From NCBI GenBank assembly GCA_041695225.1, contig JBGFRI010000013.1, forward strand, positions 1 through 23,681: a stretch of DNA of 23,681 bases, given 5' to 3'. Source of the stretch: Deinococcota bacterium (lineage in GTDB: Bacteria; Deinococcota; Deinococci; Deinococcales; Thermaceae). The translations under genes and the position numbers were made by a program. Of this stretch, positions 9,234 through 17,463 are shown one piece after another; the stretch's first letter is position 1; each line of letters opens with the position of its first letter. The notes beneath the pieces are model-generated. The model saw only the letters and a list, made by a program, of their open reading frames with translations. It did no database searches and had not been told where the DNA came from.

Positions 9234-10142
9234 TCACTTTGCCATGGTACGCCGGAGCAAGTCCTGCACGATCTGCTCGATGCGGACTCCCTCAAACTGG
9301 GCTTCCTCGGTTAAAAGCAGCCGGTGAGCAAGGGCGGGCATGGCCGAGGTTCGCAGGTCGTCCCAGTCCAGATGGGCGTGGCCCGACAGGTAGGCCAGGG
9401 CTCTGGCCAGGCTGAGCCAGGCTTTGGCCCCGCGGGGCGATAGGGCCATGCGCAGGTGTTTTTCCTCGCCAGCCAGCATGGCGGTGTTAGCAATGGCATC
9501 TAGCGCGGGCTGGCTGACTACTACCAGCCGCGACTCGGCGCGGGCCTTTAGCAGATCCAGGCCGCCAACCTGATCAGGGTGGGCGGGTTCTTCCGACAGA
9601 ATTCTGATCCAGGTGGCTCTGGGTGGCGCCTGGATGACAATTTTGGACATGAAGCGGTCGAGCTGGGCTTCGGGCAGGGGGTAGGTGCCCTCGAGCTCCA
9701 GGGGGTTTTGCGTGGCAAGCACAATAAAAGGATCGGGCAGGGGGTACCGGACGCCGCCAACCGTTACGCCCTGCTCCTGCATGGCTTCCAGCAGGGCCGA
9801 CTGGGTTTTGGGGGTGGCCCGGTTAATTTCATCGGCCAGCACTACCTGGGCGAAAATTGGCCCCTGACGGAAAACAAACTGGTTGTTCTCTAAAATTTCC
9901 GTCCCGGTCACATCGGCCGGTAGCAGGTCGGGGGTGAACTGGATGCGCCGGTAGGATAGCCCGGTGGCCTCGGCAAAAGCCCTGACCAGTAGGGTTTTAC
10001 CCAGCCCCGGCAGCCCTTCTAGCAGGCCATGTCCCCCGGCTACAGCGGTTGCTAATAGCTCGCGGATGACCGGTTCTTGTCCAAACAACACCTGGGATAA
10101 AGCAGTCTGTAGCTTAAAGAGTTGGTCGCGAACCTCGCTCAC
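9234..10142 (-). CDS. MoxR-family AAA+ ATPase
   Basis: Walker A GLPGLGKT, RIQFTPDLLPADVTG, Walker B LADEINRA, ATQNPLE, YPLPEAQLDRF. Start reassigned to GTG 10142 (TAGTAT box 7 nt upstream); the ORF-track extension runs into the repeat. Confidence 0.92.
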   Translation of the reverse strand: MSEVRDQLFKLQTALSQVLFGQEPVIRELLATAVAGGHGLLEGLPGLGKTLLVRAFAEATGLSYRRIQFTPDLLPADVTGTEILENNQFVFRQGPIFAQVVLADEINRATPKTQSALLEAMQEQGVTVGGVRYPLPDPFIVLATQNPLELEGTYPLPEAQLDRFMSKIVIQAPPRATWIRILSEEPAHPDQVGGLDLLKARAESRLVVVSQPALDAIANTAMLAGEEKHLRMALSPRGAKAWLSLARALAYLSGHAHLDWDDLRTSAMPALAHRLLLTEEAQFEGVRIEQIVQDLLRRTMAK

Positions 10143-10157
10143 AAGCCCTATACTACA

Positions 10158-10595
10158 GGTCGCAGGTCGCATGTCGCATGTCGCAAGACAATTAGCCGAT
10201 AGCTAATAGCCGATAGTCAATTGTCGATAGCCCATAGCTGACAAGTTTTGACGTGCGACATTCCATATATAGCCAATAGCTGAGAGCCGATAGCCGATAG
10301 CTCTAGACCTTCGACCTGAGACGTTCCATGAGCCCATGGCCTAAAGCCGAAAGCTAAAAGCCGTCAGCCTTTATTTGACCTTCGACCCGAGACTTGATAC
10401 GTTCAATGAGTCGATAGTCAATGGTCCATAGCCCATAGCCCATAGCTGACAAGTTTTGACCTGCGAAATTCCATACATAGCCAATGGCCAAATAGCCGAT
10501 AGTGTTTGACCTTCGACTTTAGACCTGGGACTTGAGACCTGCGACATTCTATTTGACCATCGACCCTCGACCATCGACCCTCGACTTGAGACATT
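10158..10595 (+). repeat. Modular heptamer-repeat element B (longest, with internal duplication)
   Basis: GGTCGCA x2, TGTCGCA x2, AGAC hairpin turn, alternating TAGCNNA and GACNNNN tracts with GACATTCCAT-like linkers, ending GACCMTC x4 GACTTGA GACATT; fills the divergent moxR/tsaD gap. Confidence 0.93.
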
Positions 10596-10603
10596 AGGCA
10601 CAC

Positions 10604-10632
10604 TTGACCGCAGACAGCCGGGGGCAGAGAAT
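10604..10632 (+). promoter_or_regulatory. Putative sigma-70-type promoter for leaderless tsaD
   Basis: TTGACC (10604-10609), 17 nt, GAGAAT (10627-10632), 6 nt, GTG start; no SD. The -10 box lacks its first T. Confidence 0.45.
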
Positions 10633-10638
10633 CGGGTT

Positions 10639-11616
10639 GTGTGGGTGCTGGGCATTGATACCTCCTGCGACGATACCGGTGTGGGCCTGGTGCTCCGTGG
10701 CCAGGTGGTGGTCAACCGGGTAGCCTCGCAGACGCTGCTGCACCAGCGGCACGGTGGCGTGGTTCCCGAGCTGGCCTCGAGGGAGCACACCCTGGTGATA
10801 GATACTCTGGTTGGCCAGGCCCTGCAGGATGCAAACATTGCCATCGGCGACCTCGAGCTGATTGCCGCAACCCGAGGGCCCGGACTGATTGGAGCCCTGC
10901 TGGTTGGCTACACCTACGGCAAGGGACTGGCCTTTGCCCTGGAGAAGCCCTTCGTAGCCGTGCATCACCTGGAGGGTCACATCTACGCTGCCCTGGCCGA
11001 GCACCCCCAGGTTGAGCCGCCTTTTCTGGCGCTGATTGCCTCGGGGGGCCACACCCATCTGTACCAGGTAAGCGCCTGGGGTCAGTACCGCCTGCTTGGG
11101 GCCACCCTGGATGATGCTGCAGGCGAGGCCTTCGACAAGTCGGCGCGGCTGCTGGGCCTTGGCTATCCGGGAGGCCCGGAGATTGAAAAACTTGCTTTAG
11201 CCGGTGACCCGGCCCAGGTTCCGCTAGGAGTGCCCTTACAGGGCCAGGATGGCTTTGCTTTCAGTTTCTCGGGCCTCAAAACCGCCGTGGCCAGAGCGGT
11301 GGAAAAAGGCTATGCCCCGGCCGACATCGCGGCCAAATTTCAGCAGGTCGCGGTGGAGCATATTGCACAGGTGGTGACGCGGGCTGCGGCCCATACCGGT
11401 TGCTCCACACTGCTGGTTACGGGTGGGGTCGCCCAGAATGCCGCCCTCCAGGCGCGTTTGCAGGCTGCCGGCCTACTGTTGCTGTTTCCACCCAAAGGTC
11501 TGGCTACCGACAACGGGGCCATGATTGCCCTGGCGGCCTGGCGTACTCACCGCAGCCAAGGCAGCCAGCTCTCACTGCCAGCGGCGGCCTATCTGCCTTT
11601 GAGTGGTAGCTCCTGA
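10639..11616 (+). CDS. tsaD: tRNA N6-adenosine threonylcarbamoyltransferase TsaD
   Basis: LGIDTSCDDT, GGVVPELASREH, GPGLIGAL, HHLEGH, SGGHT, DDAAGEAFDK, FSFSGLKT, DNGAMI. Confidence 0.96.
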   Translation: MWVLGIDTSCDDTGVGLVLRGQVVVNRVASQTLLHQRHGGVVPELASREHTLVIDTLVGQALQDANIAIGDLELIAATRGPGLIGALLVGYTYGKGLAFALEKPFVAVHHLEGHIYAALAEHPQVEPPFLALIASGGHTHLYQVSAWGQYRLLGATLDDAAGEAFDKSARLLGLGYPGGPEIEKLALAGDPAQVPLGVPLQGQDGFAFSFSGLKTAVARAVEKGYAPADIAAKFQQVAVEHIAQVVTRAAAHTGCSTLLVTGGVAQNAALQARLQAAGLLLLFPPKGLATDNGAMIALAAWRTHRSQGSQLSLPAAAYLPLSGSS

Positions 11617-11642
11617 GGGCTACCAGATCGGTCACCTTCTTT

Positions 11643-11735
11643 TAGCTATCCGCTATGAGCTATGAGCTATCAGACGCTCATTGTGTAGAAGCTGATAGCT
11701 GATAGCAACAACCGCTTTTAGTTATTAGCTATGAG
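11643..11735. repeat. Partial heptamer element C (GCTAT/ATAGC units in inverted arrangement)
   Basis: AGCTATC CGCTATG AGCTATG AGCTATC, then CTGATAG x2, then TAGTTAT TAGCTAT; 11659-11673 pairs with 11692-11706 at 14/15. Confidence 0.75.
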
Positions 11736-11894
11736 GTGGTAAAGGTTCTAAACATACGGATCTGCTGCCACTTTCTCGGGTACATTGTGGAGTACTCACC
11801 CGGCCCCTGGCCGAAAGATATACGATGGGTAACAGCTTTCTTGTGCAAACCGCCAGTGCATTCTCATCTGGACAGGGTACAATCGCGTCTGGTT

Positions 11895-14800
11895 ATGCTG
11901 GCCTGGATAAATAAACTTATTGATAACAACGAGCGCAAAGTGGCCCGCTACTGGAAGACGGTAGTGGCCCCAGTAAATGCCCTCGAGGACGAAGTATCCC
12001 GTATCCCGGACCTTGCTGCTGAATATGCCAGTCTGCGCGAGCAGCACCAGAATGGCGCCGAGCTCGAGGAGCTGTTGCCACGTGTCTTTGCCCTGACCAG
12101 GGAGTCCTCCAAGCGCTTTCTGGCAATGCGCCACTACGATGTGCAGCTTATCGGGGGGGCGGTTTTGCACGAGGGCAAAATTGCCGAGATGAAGACCGGC
12201 GAAGGCAAGACCCTGGTGGCAACCCTGGCGGTGGCACTCAATGCCATTGCCGGCAAGGGTGTGCATCTGGTCACGGTGAACGACTACCTGGCCCGGCGCG
12301 ACGCAGACTGGATGGGACCCATTTACAAGGGACTGGGCCTCAAGGTGGGGGTGGTGCAAAACCATTCCTCCCCCGACGAGCGGCGTGCAGCCTACCTGTG
12401 CGATGTGACCTATGTTACCAACAGCGAGTTGGGCTTTGACTACCTGCGCGACAACATGGCCGTAGCCCCCGAGCAGCTGGTACTGCGACACGATACACCC
12501 CTGCACTACGCCATTATTGACGAGGTGGACTCGATTCTGGTAGACGAGGCCCGCACCCCCCTGATCATCAGCGGGCCGGCCGAGAAGGCTACCGACATGT
12601 ACTACCGCATGGCCGAGATCGTCAAGAAGCTCGAGCGTGGGCAGAAACCCCCGGTTGGTAGCAAGGAGGAGCCTACCGGCGATTACACCATCGAGGAAAA
12701 GCAAAAAGCCGTTCACCTGACCATTAAGGGCATCGCCAAGGCCGAGAAGATGCTGGGGGTGGAGGGGCTGTTCAATACCGAGAACATGGAGCTTGCCCAC
12801 ATGCTCACCCAGGCCATCCGGGCCAAGGAGCTGTACTTCATTGATCGTGAATATATTGTGCAAGACGGCCAGGTTGTCATTGTGGATGAGTTCACGGGCC
12901 GGCTTCAGCCGGGTCGGCGCTTTGGCGAGGGTCTGCACCAGGCTATCGAGGCCAAGGAAGGGGTCAAAATTGAGCGGGAGAACCAGACCCTGGCTACCGT
13001 CACCTACCAGAACTTCTTCCGTATCTACCCCAAGACCGCCGGGATGACCGGAACCGCTAAGACCGAGGAGAAGGAGTTCCAGGAAATTTATGCCATGGAT
13101 GTGCGCAGCATTCCCACCAACCGCCCCATGGTGCGGCTGGATGCTCCAGACGTAGTCTATCGCTCGGAAAAGGGTAAGTTTTTTGCGGTGGTGGAGGAGA
13201 TTGCCGAGAAGTTCGAGAAGGGCCAGCCGGTGCTGGTCGGCACCATCTCGGTAGAAAAGTCGGAGCGGCTTTCGGCCATGCTGAAAGAGGCTCGCCACTT
13301 CCTGCCGCGCATTGAGTCGCGGGTACAGCTCCTGGCCAAGGCTATCGAAAAACAGACCGGCCCGGAGTGGGACCGGCTCAAAAAGGCCCTCGAGCGGCCC
13401 GGTGCACTGCGGGATAGCGAACTCGCTCAGCACGAGTCCACCATTCCCCCCAGGGGCAACATCCGCACGGCCTGGGACTACCTCAAAAAAGCGGTGCATA
13501 CCCTCGAGCTTATCCGTAAGGGCATCCCGCACCAGGTTCTGAACGCCAAGTACCACGAAAAAGAGTCGGAGATCGTGGCCCAGGCAGGGCGCAGCAAGAC
13601 CATCACCATCTCCACCAACATGGCTGGGCGCGGAACCGACATCAAGCTAGGGGGCAACGCCGAGTTCCTGGCTGCCGACCTGCTGCGCAAGGAAGGGCTG
13701 GAGCCCCGCTCGGAGTGGCGCGTCGAGCTGTTCATTAAAAAACTGGTGCAGGGCGCAGAGGACGAGGCCAATAAGCTGGCCGCCGAGATTGGGGTGCGCC
13801 AGTCGGTGATTGACGAGATCCGCCGCCTGCGCGATACCTGCGCCGCCGATGAGATACGCGTAAAGGAACTAGGCGGCCTGCACATCATTGGTACCGAGCG
13901 CCACGAGTCCCGCCGCATTGACAACCAGCTGCGCGGCCGTGCGGGCCGGCAGGGCGACCCCGGCTCCTCGAGGTTTTATGTTTCCTTCGACGACGACCTG
14001 ATGCGCCTGTTTGCCTCCGAGCGCGTGGTGGGAATGCTCGACCGCATGGGTTTTGACGACTCGGAGCCCATTGAGAACCGCATGGTTACCCGTTCCATTG
14101 AGCGGGCTCAGAAGCGGGTGGAGGACCGGCACTTCGATACCCGTAAGCAGCTTTTGCGCCTCGACGAGGTGATGGCCCGCCAGCGCGAGGTGGTCTACGC
14201 CCAGCGGCGCAACGTGCTGCTGGGAGGCGACGAGTCGGTGCGCGAAGGTGCTTTCAACATGGTCGAAGACACCGTAGACGGGGTGGCAGCCAACTACCTG
14301 AACCCCGAGCAACACCCCGAAGACTGGGACATCGAGGGACTGCGCTCGAGCCTGGTGGACTTTATCCCCCCTCTCAAAGACTTCGACTTCGAGGCCCTGC
14401 GCCAGCTCAAAGCCGAAGAAGGGGTAGAGAAGCTGGTCGAAGCGGCCCGCGCGGCCTACGAGGCCCGCGAGGCCGAGCTCAACGCCCAGGGCCCGGCTCT
14501 GATGCGGGCGGTGGAGCGTTACGTTACCTTGCAGGTGGTGGACAACGCCTGGAAAGAGCACCTGCACAGCATGGATGTGCTCAAGCAGGGCATCTTCCTG
14601 CGCGGCTACGGCCAGCGCGACCCTTTCCAGGAGTACAAACTCGAGGGCACCCGCTTCTTCAACGAGATGATCAGCGGCATCAAGAGCGAGGTGACCAAGT
14701 TCCTTTTCCGCCTTCAGGTCGAGGTCAACCAGCAGCCCGCCCACACTCCCGTAGGCCAGGGGCTCGAGTACAGCGGTTCCCCTCAGGGCGCTACCTCACC

Positions 14801-14924
14801 CCAGGGCAGCACCGACCCCTTTACGGTACGGCGTCAGCAAAAGGCAGCCTCGGCCTACTCGGGAATGAACCGTGCCGAACGGCGCAGGCTCGAGCGCGAA
14901 GAAAAGAAGAAAAGCAAAAAGTAA
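11895..14924 (+). CDS. secA: Preprotein translocase ATPase SecA
   Basis: EMKTGEGKT, VTVNDYLARRD, IIDEVDSILVDEARTPLIISG, TNMAGRGTDIKLGG, ERHESRRIDNQLRGRAGRQGDPG. Start set at ATG 11895 (MLAWINKLIDNN), TACAAT at 11878-11883. Confidence 0.97.
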   Translation: MLAWINKLIDNNERKVARYWKTVVAPVNALEDEVSRIPDLAAEYASLREQHQNGAELEELLPRVFALTRESSKRFLAMRHYDVQLIGGAVLHEGKIAEMKTGEGKTLVATLAVALNAIAGKGVHLVTVNDYLARRDADWMGPIYKGLGLKVGVVQNHSSPDERRAAYLCDVTYVTNSELGFDYLRDNMAVAPEQLVLRHDTPLHYAIIDEVDSILVDEARTPLIISGPAEKATDMYYRMAEIVKKLERGQKPPVGSKEEPTGDYTIEEKQKAVHLTIKGIAKAEKMLGVEGLFNTENMELAHMLTQAIRAKELYFIDREYIVQDGQVVIVDEFTGRLQPGRRFGEGLHQAIEAKEGVKIERENQTLATVTYQNFFRIYPKTAGMTGTAKTEEKEFQEIYAMDVRSIPTNRPMVRLDAPDVVYRSEKGKFFAVVEEIAEKFEKGQPVLVGTISVEKSERLSAMLKEARHFLPRIESRVQLLAKAIEKQTGPEWDRLKKALERPGALRDSELAQHESTIPPRGNIRTAWDYLKKAVHTLELIRKGIPHQVLNAKYHEKESEIVAQAGRSKTITISTNMAGRGTDIKLGGNAEFLAADLLRKEGLEPRSEWRVELFIKKLVQGAEDEANKLAAEIGVRQSVIDEIRRLRDTCAADEIRVKELGGLHIIGTERHESRRIDNQLRGRAGRQGDPGSSRFYVSFDDDLMRLFASERVVGMLDRMGFDDSEPIENRMVTRSIERAQKRVEDRHFDTRKQLLRLDEVMARQREVVYAQRRNVLLGGDESVREGAFNMVEDTVDGVAANYLNPEQHPEDWDIEGLRSSLVDFIPPLKDFDFEALRQLKAEEGVEKLVEAARAAYEAREAELNAQGPALMRAVERYVTLQVVDNAWKEHLHSMDVLKQGIFLRGYGQRDPFQEYKLEGTRFFNEMISGIKSEVTKFLFRLQVEVNQQPAHTPVGQGLEYSGSPQGATSPQGSTDPFTVRRQQKAASAYSGMNRAERRRLEREEKKKSKK

Positions 14925-15191
14925 GGGGCTGTCGTAGGTAAATACCTCGACTCTCATGGGCGTAATGTCGCGATATCTAGGTCCTTCATCAGGTCTGTAA
15001 CAGCCTTTGCTGAGCTGCCCGGAGCTGGATACAAAAGCAGATAGAGCGGTCAAAAACGGCCGCCATTCTCAACTTCCCTGGTGCAGGTCGTCACGAACTA
15101 CCGGAAGACCTTTGCCTACCCGGGGCAGCGCCAAAAGTACAGGGCCAGGGCTCCTTTGGTGATAGGCTCAGGTATGGAGGAGGCTCCAGAG

Positions 15192-16097
15192 ATGGCCAGC
15201 CACTCCACCACCTACTCCGACATGCTAACCCGTCGCCGATTTCTTAGCCTGTTTGCTCTGGGGGGCCTGGGGGCCGTGGGAGCGGGTGGGCTGGCAGTCG
15301 CCGACACCTACCGGTTCCAGGTCAACCGTTACCAGAGGGTTTTGCTGGGCCTAAGGCGCCCTTTGCGGGTAGTGCAGTTTAGCGACCTGCACTTTGGCCC
15401 CTGGGTAGGAGTCGGCCTGGTGCGGGCCTGGGTGCAGGCGGCTAACGCCGAAAGGCCCGACCTGGTGGTAGTTACGGGTGATCTGGTAGACTCCGGGCTG
15501 CGCCTGGCACATAGTCGGGAAGTGGTTCTTGTCCAGGCCCCAGAGCTGGATCTGCTGGTGCAGGAACTGGCTCAGTTACAAGCACCCCTGGGAGTTTGGG
15601 CAATCTGGGGAAACCACGATAACAACGCCCGGGCCAGTAAGGACTACCTGGCCCGACAACTTCCCAAGCAGGGCATCGAAATCTTGGTTAATCAGGGCAT
15701 CTACCCCCGCCAGGACCTTTACCTTAGCGGAGTTGACGATTATTGGAGCGCCGAGGCCGACGCCAAGAAAGCCCTGGCCGGGTACCGCCCTGGCAGCGCC
15801 AGCCTGGCCCTGGCGCACAACCCCGACTACCTTGATTTTTACTACCGGCTGCCGGTTACGCTGGCACTTTGCGGCCATACCCATGGCGGGCAGGTATTCC
15901 TTCCGGTTATCGGGGCACCCTGGACCCCCTCTTTTTACCAGCAAACCTATCTGGGCGGGTGGTACGACCCCGGCCACAGCCCCGGCTCGCCACCGGTGCC
16001 GGCTTTTGTCTCGAGGGGCCTGGGGACTACGCTTCTTCCGCTGCGAATCAATGCACCGGCCGAGCTGGTGGTATTTGACTTCATTCCGGTGGGCTAG
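15192..16097 (+). CDS. Metallophosphoesterase (calcineurin-like, YkuE/YaeI type) with Tat-like signal
   Basis: SDLH, TGDLVD, GNHD, LAHNPD, CGHTHGGQ, SRGLG; TRRRFL plus hydrophobic stretch. Start chosen at ATG 15192 after GGAGGAGG (alternatives 15174, 15222). Confidence 0.88.
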   Translation: MASHSTTYSDMLTRRRFLSLFALGGLGAVGAGGLAVADTYRFQVNRYQRVLLGLRRPLRVVQFSDLHFGPWVGVGLVRAWVQAANAERPDLVVVTGDLVDSGLRLAHSREVVLVQAPELDLLVQELAQLQAPLGVWAIWGNHDNNARASKDYLARQLPKQGIEILVNQGIYPRQDLYLSGVDDYWSAEADAKKALAGYRPGSASLALAHNPDYLDFYYRLPVTLALCGHTHGGQVFLPVIGAPWTPSFYQQTYLGGWYDPGHSPGSPPVPAFVSRGLGTTLLPLRINAPAELVVFDFIPVG

Positions 16098-16272
16098 CGG
16101 ACCAGCCCGCAGGGTACCGCCGGATAGCCATCTGCCTTGGTGCCCAGCAAATAAAAGTCGTTTTTAGTAGTGTTGCGGTTATTTTCGGGGCGCGAAGACC
16201 GATGCCAGAAGCAAAACGCTATAGCCATAAAGTTTGACCAGGGAATGTAAAGGCCCTCGAGCCCTCTTTGCG

Positions 16273-16294
16273 GGGAGGCCCCAGGCCTCCCTTT
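16273..16294 (+). terminator. Possible terminator hairpin between the phosphoesterase genes
   Basis: GGGAGGCC-CCA-GGCCTCCC perfect 8-bp stem followed by only TTT. Confidence 0.4.
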
Positions 16295-16405
16295 GGTCAG
16301 GGCCCAGCAGGTGACATCTGCCAAGGCACCTGGCGAAAGGAACAAAGAACCGGCTTAGCAAGTCACGCTTTACCTCTCTGGCCCTTGCTTTATTATGGTT
16401 GAGAG

Positions 16406-17218
16406 ATGCTGGGCTACGACTTCGAGGTTAACCATTACCAGCGCACCCTGCGCGGACTCAGGGCGCCTCTGCGCGTTGCCCACCTTTCTGACCTGCACAT
16501 CGGGTTTTTTGTGCGAGCTGGCTCCTTGAGGCGCTGGATCAGGGCCACCCTGGCGCAACAGCCCGATTTGATAGTGATTACTGGCGATCTGACCGACTCC
16601 GGGCGCAGACACCAGGTACTGCCCACGCTTGCCGAGCTGCAACTACTGCAAGCCCCGCTCGGAACCTGGGCGGTCTGGGGCAACCACGACTACCGCTTTA
16701 ACCACTACCAGCCCAAATACGCTCAGACCCCAAACGGCCAGGGCAGCTACTCCCGCATTATCCCACCCAGACTGCCAATGACGCCGCCCGTGGAGCTCGA
16801 GCGCCTGCTAAACCAGCTGGGTGTCCGTTTTTTGCACAACACCGGGGTTCAGCTCCGTGACGACCTTTACCTGGCCGGGGTGGAGGACCTGTGGCATGGT
16901 GAACCGGATGTCGCAAAGGCCCTGGGTGGGCGCCAAGACTCCGTGGCCAGCCTGCTAATCTGCCACAACCCGGACTACCTTTATCAGGTGCCACACTCGG
17001 TTGACCTTACCCTGTGCGGCCATACCCACGGCGGCCAGCTGGTTCTGCCCTGGTATGGCCCAGCTTTTACCTCCTCGAACTATGGTCACAAATTTACTGC
17101 GGGCTGGGTTGACGACCCCGCACCGGCCTTCATATCGAGGGGTTTAGGCCTGTCCTCGGTTCCCATCCGGGTGGCTTGCGTAGCAGAACTGGTAATCCAC
17201 AGTCTCGAGCCAGCGTGA
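16406..17218 (+). CDS. Metallophosphoesterase, paralog of upstream gene, no signal peptide
   Basis: SDLH, TGDLTD, GNHD, ICHNPD, CGHTHGGQ, SRGLG; in-frame TGA at 16400-16402 fixes the start; TATTAT box 9 nt upstream. Confidence 0.9.
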   Translation: MLGYDFEVNHYQRTLRGLRAPLRVAHLSDLHIGFFVRAGSLRRWIRATLAQQPDLIVITGDLTDSGRRHQVLPTLAELQLLQAPLGTWAVWGNHDYRFNHYQPKYAQTPNGQGSYSRIIPPRLPMTPPVELERLLNQLGVRFLHNTGVQLRDDLYLAGVEDLWHGEPDVAKALGGRQDSVASLLICHNPDYLYQVPHSVDLTLCGHTHGGQLVLPWYGPAFTSSNYGHKFTAGWVDDPAPAFISRGLGLSSVPIRVACVAELVIHSLEPA

Positions 17219-17224
17219 AAAGGA

Positions 17225-17463
17225 GGTCGCAGGTCAAAAAATGTCACACGTCACAAGTCGCATGTCGCATGACTCGAGACCTGAGACATCCCATTAGCCT
17301 ATAGCCAATAGCTGATAGCCAATAGCTTTTGACCCTCGACCCTCGACATACTATTTGCCAAGAGCCGATAGCTAATAGCATTTGACTTGAGGCCTACGAC
17401 CTGAGACCTGAGACACTCTTTAGACCCGAGACCCGAGACCTGTGACCTGAGACTTACGACATT
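17225..17463 (+). repeat. Modular heptamer-repeat element D
   Basis: GGTCGCA...TGTCACA CGTCACA AGTCGCA TGTCGCA arm, GAC tract, GACATCCCAT, TAGCNNA x4, TTT, GACCCTC x2, further TAGC and GAC tracts, GACACTCTTT, GACNNNN x5, GACATT touching the EF-G-2 stop codon. Confidence 0.92.

Noticed and set aside
10371..10844. Minus-strand ORFs across element B (10371-10844, 10418-10603)
   Set aside because: Low-complexity translations of heptamer repeats and antisense tsaD; no SD or domain motifs.
11736..11894. N-terminal extensions in the ORF track for secA (also moxR to 10172, EF-G-2 to 19511, TRAP to 6516, phosphoesterase from 15081)
   Set aside because: The extensions are non-homologous and cross promoter or repeat DNA; better starts with an SD or -10 box exist downstream.
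11796..14744. Long antisense ORFs (586 aa and 291 aa) opposite secA
   Set aside because: Typical shadow ORFs of a GC-rich, codon-biased gene; no motifs.
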